From: Tubulanus polymorphus
Taxonomy: Eukaryota; Animalia; Nemertea
Direction: 5' to 3'
NCBI RefSeq assembly: GCF_964204645.1
Contig: NC_134035.1
Coordinates: 5,022,001 to 5,086,000, forward strand
DNA: 64,000 bases
Under the pieces are notes generated by a model that worked only from the letters and a program-made list of their open reading frames with translations, made no database searches and was not told the origin of the DNA. How positions within the stretch are numbered: position 1 is the stretch's first letter; each line of letters begins with the position of its first letter. Made by a program: the position numbers and the translations under genes. Shown here one piece after another: positions 1 through 11,691 of the stretch.

Positions 1-486
1 AAAACATTTTCTTCACATTTCAATTTGACATTTATTCAAAACGTCCACAAAAGCATTGATAATAATGATAATAATAATTATAATAACATATAAATTGTAT
101 ATTAGTTACTCAGTACATTCTTAATATCAACAAAGTATCAAATGGTAAATCATAATATATATTATACAGCGGCTAGAGAATCTATATCTTCTAATATGTA
201 GCGAGGAGAGTTAGACGGGAGGGGCGGACCCACAGGGGAAGTTAATAGTGGTATATATAAAAATAATTCGAAATAAAACACGAAAATCTGACCCAGACAA
301 TGAATGAAAAAGACACGACAAAAAACTCCAACATCGAAAATTGATGAAATAAATAAATTAATTAATGTACAATGATGTGATTCGCTAGGTTAGGTCCAGG
401 GTTTTTATAGACACGACCAATGATAACGACTCCTTGCTTCAACACTTCAGGGTCCTTACAGATCAGTCATTCCTCCTATAGATCCA

Positions 487-626
487 GGGGCCGGTTGCAT
501 AGTCATGACTTAGATTTAAGACCAGTTTAAGACCAACTTAGTTCTATAGCCAATCTAACAACTTAAGACCAGTCTTAAGATTTAAGACCACTTTTGGACT
601 TAAGTCACGACTGTGCAACTGGCCCC
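487..626. mobile_element. MITE family A (GGGCCRGTTGCAYAGTC TIR, PIF/Harbinger-like)
   Basis: About 140 bp with internal CTTAAGACC repeats; copies at 2830-2979, 9793-9879 (deleted), about 17367-17511, 45340-45474 and 51303-51440. Confidence 0.8.
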
Positions 627-972
627 TCGATACAATCCTGGATGTAAGGAGTTCTAGAGGAGAACATTTCAAATCTTGAGGAGTGTCTGCATCACTTTTA
701 TGTCCCAATCAGTCGGTACTGTTTATATTGGTAAACCATCAATTCTGTGGTTATATAAGCAAATTGTTCTACACTTTTCGCTACCTAAACCTGGTTTCTA
801 GTTAGGTAACTGCTGAATTGGGTAAAAATAAATCGTACCAACTGTATCGATTAATGGGTAGTCTAACAACTATAAACTAGACTAAAGTTTCTAATTGCCT
901 ATTTCTCAAAATTGAAGGAGTTTTATCAAATGGGCATTTTGTTCAGAATAAAGGAGTTTCAAGCACCTTTAA

Positions 973-1578
973 AGGGCACATGCCATCTAGATAGAATATT
1001 GTGTTAAAGTTATTATCAAATGCGATATATTCACAAATATCAAATATGCTACCGGTTCGAAGTTGATTTTAGCCATTACTGAGAAATATGACTTTTAAAT
1101 CATCATGTGCTCACTGTAATTGTCTACGGTATATTAGCAGGTGCGCGCGTTTCTGACGTCATCTCTGACAAACGCTCGCCGTTTCCAGTCATTTCACTTG
1201 ACATTTCATAAGGTTTTTATCACTATGGGAGTGTTTTTGAATTCATAACCGTTGTATACTGTTGCTACTGTTGTACTTATGATAAACGTATATAATTAAG
1301 TAGCGCTGTCGGTCTGCCAATACAGCGAACGAATGATCTTGATTCTATCGATTATATGCATAGGCTAAGCGTACTAAGCGCGCACACGATATTGTGTTGA
1401 TAGTCAACTACATGAATGTGTTGTGAACTACATGAATGAAGTGTAAGATAAACGAATTGTTAATTTACAGCTAATTAAAGACACTTTTTTATCAGTCACA
1501 TCTCAGGTTGTTATGTATATACTAAAGATTCACCTGGTTAAGAAATCAAGAAAGTGCAATTTTGATGGCATATGCCCT
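973..1578. mobile_element. Kolobok-like MITE (TTAA target, AGGG ends)
   Basis: TTAA|AGGGCACATGCCATC ... GATGGCATATGCCCT|TTTAA. Confidence 0.7.
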
Positions 1579-2406
1579 TTTAAAAGCATTTTCCGTATTG
1601 AAGGTGTTTTCGAGGAATCGAGTTGTAGTGGGGACCCTGTCAATATTTTTTCATATAAAATCAACATAGAACGCGCATAAAATCACACAGGAGGAAGAGA
1701 ATTTCCAAAATCAATCTTGTAAGATCCAGAGGCTAGTTTCACACAAAGTACGTGAGACCCAAGATATAGAGTGAGGCTCGAGCTAATTTTGATTCTTTAC
1801 CGAATCGAACCATACAAGTCTAATAATACGAGTTCATTTCAAAGCCCGAATTGAATTCTCCTATTTCGGGACGGTTCGTCGTTGTAATGAAAGTTTGTAA
1901 ACGGCATAAATTAAAATATAATTTTTGATCGCGGATATCATGATACAAACGAATAAAATCCTATCATCAATAGATTCAACTATAATACAATACATGAGGA
2001 CAATAGCCAACCAGGCAGTTACCTTAACTAATTCCTTTTGCCTAAATAACTGAGCCAAACCGCTGAGCCCTCAGCAAGTTTATCAGACTTGTGAAATTAA
2101 ACCTCAAAGGCTGAACTGGGTCGGCACCTGAGTGGCTATTTCCTACGGGCTTTTCTCCTCGAATAGTTTGACGCGAACTATTTGCACCAGAATGAGAACT
2201 ATCAAAGCCGATTATATTAGATGGTTCAGTTCTACAATCATCAGGTAAGTTTAATGTGCTTAACTAATTCATTTTCAATGATTGAACTAAACACAGTCTT
2301 CTTCACCGACAATTAGGTAGTTATCAATACAGAGTAGAGAGGCAGGCACAAATATAGGTTATACACCGTTTGAATACGTATAATTGATGTTTCTATCGGC
2401 GTGTGC

Positions 2407-5400
2407 TCATACTAGGTGGTATCCGTCCTTCATCGAGTTCGATTCCATCGACTCCAGTCGGTATACTTTCGACCAGTCGGTGCTGGACGGTCGACACAAT
2501 CCGAAACAACGCCAGCCGACTAAATCGACAAAATTTTTCAGGAAACCGCGGCTGAAACGACGAGAACGATATCATAATCTGGCCGATTTCGACAGTGAAT
2601 GTGAAAGATTATCTCGCGCTAGACTTACTGGAAAGGACTGTGATAAACGCCTCTTTTTTCAGTGTGAAAATGAGTGTAACGACCTAAATTCATTCGTTCG
2701 TTTGTTGTCATGCCTAAATATACGACCTGCAAACAAAACGAAATCAGGATCACATTTTAACACGAGTCAATCATTGACGATAAAGCTTTTGATAATTATT
2801 AAGAAGGGTATTCGCCAATTTTATAGTCAGGGACCAGTTGCATAGTCATGGCTTAGACTTAAGACCAGTCTAAGAGCAACTTCGTTCTATAGCCATTCTA
2901 ACAACAACTTAAGACCAGTCTTTAAAGACCAATTTAAAGACCAATTATGGACTTAAGTCATGACTATGCAACTGGCCCCTGGGTCTCATCTTTACAAGGA
3001 GAGTCTCATCCTAACTATAATCATTTCAGTTGTACAGTAGACTGCGTTTACCCCAAAATCGATTGCTTCCGATGATCGCATGCATCAGACAATATATTAC
3101 AAATTTTCTCACGACATAATTATTCATGGCAAGCGCGGTCTACAGGGTTCGTACAAATTCCCTGAATTTTCCCAGATCGAAAGTTCCAAATTACCTGATC
3201 CCGCTAGGCAATAACTGAATAACTGATTTATTAGCAGGGAAGTCAGAAGGAAATTGCCTCATCAACACTGCAACAGTGATACACATGTATATCCTTTTTG
3301 CATGGGTCAGGCAGGATGAAAAGAGGGCAAATTTTCTGTCTAATCGAGATAAGTGAGCGCCTAAGGCCCAATTTATGGGGGTCTGAGGTCCCCCAGAAAA
3401 TTTTGAAACTACCGTAGGGGTCCAGGGACACAATGCCCACTTGGAAAGTGGTTTCAAAGACTGTCTACTGTATAATTAATTTGTAAAATGTTCTAAGGGT
3501 CTACTAGAATACCTGATATATCTGACACACGAGCAGTGCGCCGACCCATATAAAATGTAAAACAGCATTCGCGAATATCCAGAACACGAACGGAGCGCAA
3601 GACATGCTCGTCGACAATGCTGCCATAAAACCATCGCTAGACTGAATCTTACAGTGTTCTTTCCAATCTGAAATATCGAAAAACGATCGAATCAAAAAAT
3701 CAGACGCGGCTTTCTATCGAAATCTCTTACAAAATCGGTCGTACGACTTCAGCACGATACTTACACATAGTGCAACCGAATATACACCAGACGATCATTC
3801 CGAACAGGAAGAATAAATAACCGACAAAGTATTTATGGTTTTTAGCTCCTGAAAAATAACGGCAAAATTCATTTCATAGTTGAACACGCCGGTAGAAAGT
3901 TCGGCAGTTGAGTCTATGAGACGTTGTTTTCTTCAGTTGAGATTGAAATAAATAACCTCATTACAAAAATACGTGAACGAATGCTTGCAAGGGAAAAACA
4001 GACAGACAATTCTGCAGAGAAGCACATCAGAACTTTCTGCTAAAAAAATTTCGTAGAATTCCGCACATTTTTTGTCAATTTTCACATTTTTACACCATTT
4101 GTCACGACTTTAAATGCCTATTTCAACTTTGCTTGAAGACTTTTTGGCAATCTTTCAATACAGCGTAAAATGGATTAAGATGTTTTAGTTCAGCTGCCCA
4201 TCTGCGGTGGTCCTATTAAGACGTACATCGGGTACGTACTACTTCTCAAGCTAAGTTGAAATAGACGTACGTAAATACAAGGTAGAGCGATGAATGAAAT
4301 GAAGTGTATAGAGACCTATGCAGTTATCGACCCACGGACAGTGATGATCGAATTTCGCGACACAACGATTACACATCGAGCAGTGTTTCGATCGAATCGG
4401 CCGTTTTACCAAACACGTATTACAGAACTGCGTTAGAGGCAGCGTTTGAGTTTCAGTCAGCTCCAATATGTACTGCAACGAATAAACAACGACAGCAATA
4501 TAGGAATTTATAATTTCAGCACCACTCGCTCAAGAGTGTGGAGCATGAGTACAGATCAGTCGTTCCTAGGTATACTATACCTGGACTTTTTCATCCGTCG
4601 TCGACGTCAATACACCCGGATCTTTCTTCCAAGCCATGTAAAAGTTGTAGAACAAGAAAATACTATTGATGAAGAATGGAATGAGAATCCGTGGACTATT
4701 CACATCTGAAAGCGTAGCTTCGGTTAAAGAACAAAACAGCTCGATTTTGAAGCGTCGAGTTGCGAGGTATTTCAGACAGACCCCTTTCTATTGGGAACTG
4801 TCATTTTGCTTGGTTAGGTGATAATTTGAGTCAGAAAACGAGTATTTAATTGATATCCTGTTGGTCGAAGATTTGTGACTATTCAACTAGAAAAGATCTA
4901 TTCAACAGTAAACAATAGACATATCGTTCCGCTCAGAACTGGTAGAATATTGACTATTGACGATACTATTTCCACTTCACGAAAACAATTTCAGCAAGAT
5001 TACGAAGCATGTCGCGTATACGCGAGAAAAAGGATACAAGGCCAACAGTAAACGAACCACGTGTAGTACATGCAGAATTTCGTGGCGAGATACAGAGCTA
5101 GCGGAGCTTTCAACGTGAACGAACTATCGAAGAATAATCTGAAAATAGCAGAAAGATTGAATAATTTTAATACGGTACGATAGTAAAATTTGCGGCAATT
5201 CAGCGCGTTTTCATATGTTTGATGCTCGCAGTCGAATGTTCGACTCGTCACTTACTTAGCTATACCTCTCCATATAAGCGTTAGACCGACGTATAGAATT
5301 ATTTTCACCCACCACGACACGTCCAACTCGGCGAAATAACCGATACAAAACAGCATGACGAATGGAAACGAGAACATTATTCGATCTTTGACTTTCTGCA

Positions 5401-8400
5401 AAAAAAAAAACACGTGAAAAACACATCGAATCATTGGTTTCAAAAGAACATTTTTATGGTATTCACGCTTTTTGGGTTTATTTTTTGACGTTTTAGTAGT
5501 CAGTCCAAAACAGCTCAAATGCGGCTTACCCTGCTATGAGTATAAGAGTCGATGGCGTTAGTTCTATCGAATCCTCGTTCTACTCGGTAATATTTGATAC
5601 GTTTCATCACCCAGTACTGTTTCCTAGACATCGATATCTGTAACGCTGTTTCACCCTGTCAACAATGAGAACGAAACACTATCACCGATCATCAACCAAT
5701 TCAAACACTGTTTCTTCGCAAGCATCTTCTCCTTGAGAATCTCACGAATTATTTCACGTATTTTTAATGCCTTTTAACAGAGCATTTCAGAAAATGTTTC
5801 TGAACATTTTGCAGATAGTTTTCATAGACTCGTTCTGAACATTTCAAAAACATTTCTGCATATAATTTATATTTAGGAAGCAGAATTGAATTTATCACAA
5901 CAAATAACTGAAATAAAATAACTGAGCCAAGTTACGTAGAACAGGTATCAAAGTTACCCCTAAGGGTAATGCTCAACCTGGGCCTGGTTTAATACACTGG
6001 GTGTCAAAATTACCCGAAGGGAAAATCCTCAACTTCGGTGAAAACCACCAAAATAACAATGAGAAACCGCGGTAATAACTCAAAAGTTTCAAAATGTTTT
6101 TGTCCCCACATCTATGAACCTCAGCCCTGGTTTATTTAAAGCTCAGGGGCCACTTGCTCAAAAATTTGACAGGGTTAATCATTGGATACCGGGTAGTTGA
6201 CACAGTGACAATTAAAAGTTCATTGTTACTATAGTATTTATCGGCCGGTTATCTTTAACCAACTTTTGAGCCACTGACCCCAGAAATGACTCGCATTAGT
6301 TACCGTTGTAACTGAATCAATTCAGATTTTACGAAACTTTCATCGACGTACCTTTTTGTTTTGCGCGTCGAGATCAACGCCGGCGTCATTCATCAGTCCG
6401 AGTACCGTATAATTACCGGACATACACGCCCAGTGCAACGGCGTATTCTTGTGTACGTAATCGGAAAGGTGAACGCTCGCTCCGAATTTGATCAGTAAAC
6501 GCGCCGGATCCATACTGCACGAAATAATACAAACACAATTCATACAGTAATATATCGGCTACTAAGGTTCCTACAATTCCTGGTATCCAGAATTCAAGGA
6601 CTTTTCAAGGAATTTTCAAGGAGTAATTTTCAAAATTCAAGGAGGTTTTTCGCGGTCATATATAAGGAAAAAAAGTCAAAAATTCAAAAACAAAATCCAT
6701 GTTTTTTTCAAATTTTGATCAGTTGTTGTGTGTGCCGTTTTGGTTTTACATGTTTAAATGTTTTAAATCTCAAAGTGAAACAACTTTCACTCACAAGTCA
6801 CACAATGAAGAATAATAGAATACACTGTCTTCTGAAAAGGACCTTTTGAAAATTTTTAATAGGATTTTCCCAGAATTTAAGGAGTTTCAAGGAGTTTATG
6901 GATATTTCTCAAAATTAAAGGATTTTCAAGGACCTTGAAAAACATATTCAAAAATCAAGGAGTTTTCAAGGATTCAAGGAGTTGTAGGGACCCTGTGATT
7001 TTCAATAACCTCAAAAATACAATTTGATTTAAATAAGCTCCGTTAAAGCGGGCCCAGGGTTTTAGGGTAAATTTCTTAAATAAATTCTGGTTTCTGCATG
7101 ATTACGAGCATTCGAATCGGGACATACTAATCCCTATTGTCATCTGCAGTTTGTGTCACTTTATAGGAATTTCTTATCACCAGTAGGGGATACTTACGTA
7201 TATTTCAATATTTCGTACATTTCAGGACGAATATTTCAAATTCTTAGCATATTATTCAGATCAATCTGATCCCTACTACCATTGTACTCAAAATGCGTCA
7301 AGTTAAGCTTAAAACGATTAAGTTTCAATTGTTGTCCTCATTGAAAACATGAAATAACCAATTATCGGGTAGCAATTAAACAAATATTTGAGTTTCACTT
7401 CTCGGATTCAGGACACTGAACCCCTCGCAGTAGATAAAACTTCATGACAAATCATTAAAGTTTTAGGATTGATAGTTACTTGTTGATTCTGTAAGCGGCG
7501 TACATCAGAGCGGTCATTCCGTTTTTATCGCGCATATCGACGTCGATGCCCTTCGCCAGCAGATACGCTACGATCGGCGTATGTCCGAACTGAGAAGCCA
7601 AATGTAGACAGCCGCAGCCTGAAAATAGTGAAATGCCGTGTTAAAAACACTGATGTACGTACAGCTTGCTTACTCCGATCTAGTTCATCCAACCCCCTCT
7701 CAACACCTCGATACCGTCTAAAGACATTTGGACATCTTGCACCGTCTCTTTGGAACTCGCTAAATTTGGACATTCGAAACATCACTGAACTTAATACCTT
7801 TAAAATCCTTCTGAAATATCATCTTTATGTGAAAGCATTCAGTATCAATATCATAAAAGCCCTGGTGAACATTGTTTCAATGAAACAGGCGCTGTACAAA
7901 TTTACTATTATTATTATCATTATTATTGAGAGGTTAGAAAGCGTACAGTACCTTCACCGTCGAGAATAGCTGGATCCGATCCGTACGACATCAATAGAAC
8001 AACCATCGGTAAATGTCCCTGTCTGAAACATATAGAAATCAAACTTTGTTCACGAATCTTATCGAAATACTTAAATTAGTTAATTGTGAGAAAATGTTAC
8101 CTGGTTGCCCAGTGTAGCGGCGTTGAATTTAAAATACCGCCGAGCTGATCGATGAGGGCTCCTTTCGAAATAAAATATCTGAAATGTCAAACATTGAAAT
8201 TATGGTTCAGACCGAGATCCAGGCTAAGTAATGCTGAGGGGGTTTTCGGGTCCACGCTGCAGATTGAAACCCGCATCATTTCTTTTTGCATCTGACATTT
8301 ATCTAGTTTGTTCTTAGAAACAATGGTCTTTTTTTTCAGGGTTCTTATACTTCAGGGATCCAATATTTCCCTGATCAAAATTTTTTAATATCCTCAACGA

Positions 8401-9674
8401 TGGCTGTTTCTTATGTAGAGGTTCCAAGACACCAAAAATTCAAATTTCCAGACTTTTCAAGAAAGGGGTCAGAATTCCCTGATTCCAGCAGGGAAAAAAA
8501 TATATCCGGAATTCTCTGAATTTCCCTGATTTGTAAAAATTCTTTTTTTTTTTCACTTACTTGACTAAATCGGCACGATTGTTTATAGCAGCCCAGTGTA
8601 ACAGCGTAACGTTCTCGGCGTCCGGTTCATTCACGTTCTGACCGCTGTCGACGAGTTCTTGAACTCTCTCGATTACTCCGTACTGCGTCGCGCGAACTAT
8701 GTCGAAATTCTTGATCTCCTCCAGCGACGGATCTTGAGGCCCTCCGGGAGGGGGTGGGGGCGGAGCACGCGCGGTCATCGTCGTCGACGGTGGATTTTTG
8801 CCGTCGTCGCAGTTGAGTTGAGTCGGGTACAAACCCTCATCATCCTGAAATCATTAATCGGTAAATGGCTAAAAACTGTTGACTCGAGATTTCGACTCTT
8901 TTAACATTAATTCGTTAGGCTGCAATGAACTCCATCTCGTTCGTTTAAAATCTCTTCGTTCGTTTCTTTCTGTATTTGCAGTTGAGTTCTATCAGTTACT
9001 GCTGTAAGACGAGTATTATCAGCAGGTGCAACTGAATAGGCATGGTTTCAGTAGGATTTGAACCCACAACCTCTCGATTGTGAGTTCTCAAAAACACCTT
9101 ATCCACCAAGCCACAGCACAGGACAACAATAGAGACTTGTAACAATACCGTCTATAAATCAGCTAGCTTTTTAATAACAGTCTTTACAAACGCATAGGAT
9201 AAGAAAAATACATGTTGAATCAGTTGAGAATCACAATATCCGCGATAAAGAGATGAGTAAAAATCCCACAATATATGAATCTAACAAGATTATTCGAAAA
9301 TAAAGAAACAATACAACCACCCTTCTTCACTCTAAATTAAAATGACTTGCCGAATAAATACGTATAGTATGTAGGCCTATAGTAACCACCCGTGTGGTAT
9401 AGCAACCACCCGTGTGGTATAGCAACCACCCGTGTGGTATAGCAACCACCCGTGTGGTATAGCAACCACCCGAAATATTTCTTAATTTTTAAATGAACTT
9501 TCCTACAATAAATGTTATTGTAGGATTTTTACTCAAAAATACATGTTTTTGATCATGAAAGTAGCCATACTGGTATCCGAAGTAAAGTTATTGATTACTG
9601 ACCTTATCTAGATATGGTTGTACAGGATTACACGACGGATCTTTCTCATCCGGTAACAATTTCATTGAACTCAT
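2407..9674 (-). CDS. ZDHHC17: Palmitoyltransferase ZDHHC17/HIP14-like (ankyrin repeats + DHHC domain), 15 coding exons
   Basis: Phase-consistent exons (minus): 9674-9603 (ATG), 8844-8561, 8178-8101, 8022-7952, 7618-7480, 6514-6352, 5655-5530, 5395-5256, 5138-5038, 4705-4581, 4472-4316, 3848-3765, 3667-3513, 2726-2629, 2551-2407 (TGA). Motifs: ankyrin repeats ([17 protein letters not shown]), DPG, Cxx[36 protein letters not shown], and C-terminal GYHLV like vertebrate GYQLV. Confidence 0.95.
2830..2979. mobile_element. MITE family A copy
   Basis: Near-identical to 487-626. Confidence 0.8.
4706..5037 (-). other. U12-type (minor spliceosome) GT-AG intron in ZDHHC17
   Basis: Minus-strand donor GTATCCTTTT at 5037-5028; branch-site-like TTCTTTAAC at 4731-4723, about 17 nt before the CAG acceptor; the join keeps the frame (CWP|YVNS). 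Confidence 0.85.
6147..6280. mobile_element. MITE family B (GGGYCRGTTGCTCAAAA TIR, CAG TSD)
   Basis: CAG on both flanks; copies at about 21588-21720, 21766-21892 and partial about 33210-33315. Confidence 0.8.
7660..7927 (+). mobile_element. 3' fragment of a CR1/L2-like LINE in a ZDHHC17 intron
   Basis: Translates [33 protein letters not shown], a typical LINE ORF2 C-terminus, and ends in a (TTA)n tail. Confidence 0.7.
9381..9472. repeat. 20-bp minisatellite x4.6 (AGCAACCACCCGTGTGGTAT)
   Basis: Directly visible, near-perfect tandem copies. Confidence 0.95.
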
Positions 9675-11482
9675 TTTAACGATTGTCCAGTCGATCAAGA
9701 AGACATTTTCTAATCGAACCGATTTTATACCGTAGGCCTACAGAAATAAAATATAACAAAATATAGAGATGTTACAACACTGTAAGGAACTGAGGCCGGT
9801 TCCATAGTCTTGGCTTAGACTTAAGACTTAAGACTTAAGCACACTTATGGACTTGAGTCTCGACTGTGGAACCGGCCCCTGATGCCTAATCTGAGTTAGT
9901 AATCTATTTGTTAGTGGTAAGTTTTTATAGGCCTAATCGGATGTGGTTTGTGAAAATCATGCGATAGTGAAACTAAACCACAGACAGGTTACAGCTGACT
10001 AACTTCAACATATTTTACTCACAAGTAGGCCTTAACGACCATTGCTTATGCTCAGACCTACTTACTCACAGATCTTATCAAAACATTACTGGCCTTATAC
10101 CCATTACCATTACCACTAATCCTAAACATTACCCAGGCCGGTACAGCCGCGGCCAGGCAATACTATAGGCCTACATCACAGGTAGTTAGTTACCTAATCA
10201 TCGGTGGTAAGCATTTAAAATCGGATAGGCTTATACCAATGATGTGCTTTATGAAAATACTCGATCGCGAAACTAAATCATAGATAGCCTAGATTAAGAC
10301 TGACTTGATTATTAACACTAACAGGCAGCCCCACCCAAACAACATCACCAGATAGTGAACGTTCAGTAACATCTTAATGGTTTATCAATTCCCCCATATC
10401 TGCCAACACAAAATTCGACTCTAATTTAAGGCCTATCTTTTCAAGTGCTTATCTTTTTACGGGACCATCGGAAGGGAATTTGTTTGGGCAATTCAATTGA
10501 AAATGAAATTGAATTGAATTTGTGTTATTTGTCCCCCTTTCTCTGTAGAAGAGTGACACAGCTCGCGTGAAATTCAGGGTTTTACAGTTAAAAGCGAGTA
10601 GATACATATGGCAGAATTGACCGGTGCTGGCTAAACGTTGAATAATATAGAAATATTGCATAAAAAGACAACTTAACGAACCTCAGCCTTATTAAGGGTA
10701 GTTACTACACGTTCGCAGTCACCACGTACCTAACAAACTACAATTCAATTCTGCTTTTATTGTGCAAATCTAGAAAGCGACATCGGAACATTATAAAATG
10801 ATTTTATGAATCTTTTATCGTTGATTCTCATAGCATATTGATATTCTAGTTGTAATCCTTTCGAATCGATTTTATTTGGATTTTTTCTTGCCAACAACTT
10901 AGAGAAAAATCATTTCTCTTCGGATTAGCGCTAGAATAGTTAAGTTACCTAAATCATTGGTGGTAAGCTTTTTATAAACGGATGGGCTTATGGGATGGCT
11001 TGTGGTTTGTGAAAATATCCGCTCGTGAAACTAAACCACGGACAGTTTACTGACTAGCGCTTGCAGTTTTTTTTCTTACAATCAATAAGACATCGGCCAA
11101 GTGATTTCTTGGGTAAATCTTCGCCTTTTCCTCACAAGAAAATATTGTTCTGACTGATCCAAGACTTGCCCTACACAGTAGACTGTGCTGACAACAGAGA
11201 CTATCGTACAAGATTATCCTCCAATTCAGGCCAACGCTGCTCGATAATCCGTGAAAAATTTCCATTGAACATTAAAACGAAGAAACGATTTAAATGTGGT
11301 AAGATTTATACTAATATCTTATATTACATAATTCATACAGTATCATACAAGATTTCAATCTAAGTACAGTAGTTATCATACACAATTCAAACAGGCACAC
11401 GCCTGTGCACACGCACATGCTTGCACACCACTCTAAGAGAAAACATCTATATACAATCAATCATTCCGAGTATAGTATAGTG

Positions 11483-11620
11483 TAGACCCTTCCGTAAAAC
11501 ATAGCCGCCTCCCCGATCCACCTATGACATCATCAATACTCCGTTACATCGACCATTGATTTAATCGATGATGTCATAAGGGTATAACAAGAAGGCGGCA
11601 ATATTTTACGGACGGGTCTA
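11483..11620. mobile_element. TAG..CTA-ended MITE downstream of the PHRF1 stop
   Basis: TAGACCCTTCCGTAAAA / TTTTACGGACGGGTCTA inverted ends. Confidence 0.65.
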
Positions 11621-11691
11621 CAGACCACTGAAGACAATAATTTATAAAATTCCATCCGTCTAAAACTCGATTTCACGTCACAATCGTCGTT

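Larger units (their letters stand above)
448..1639. mobile_element. CAGGGT..ACCCTG non-autonomous DNA transposon hosting two nested MITEs
   Basis: Inverted ends CAGGGTCC/GGACCCTG with internal AAGGAG repeats; related copies at about 6564-6996 and 28792-29177. Confidence 0.6.

Noticed and set aside
9040-9120. tRNA-like sequence on the minus strand
   Set aside because: A- and B-box-like motifs are present but the cloverleaf is broken; a degenerate SINE head rather than a tRNA gene.
9381-9472. Palindromic short direct repeats suggestive of CRISPR
   Set aside because: No unique spacers, eukaryotic intron, no cas genes.
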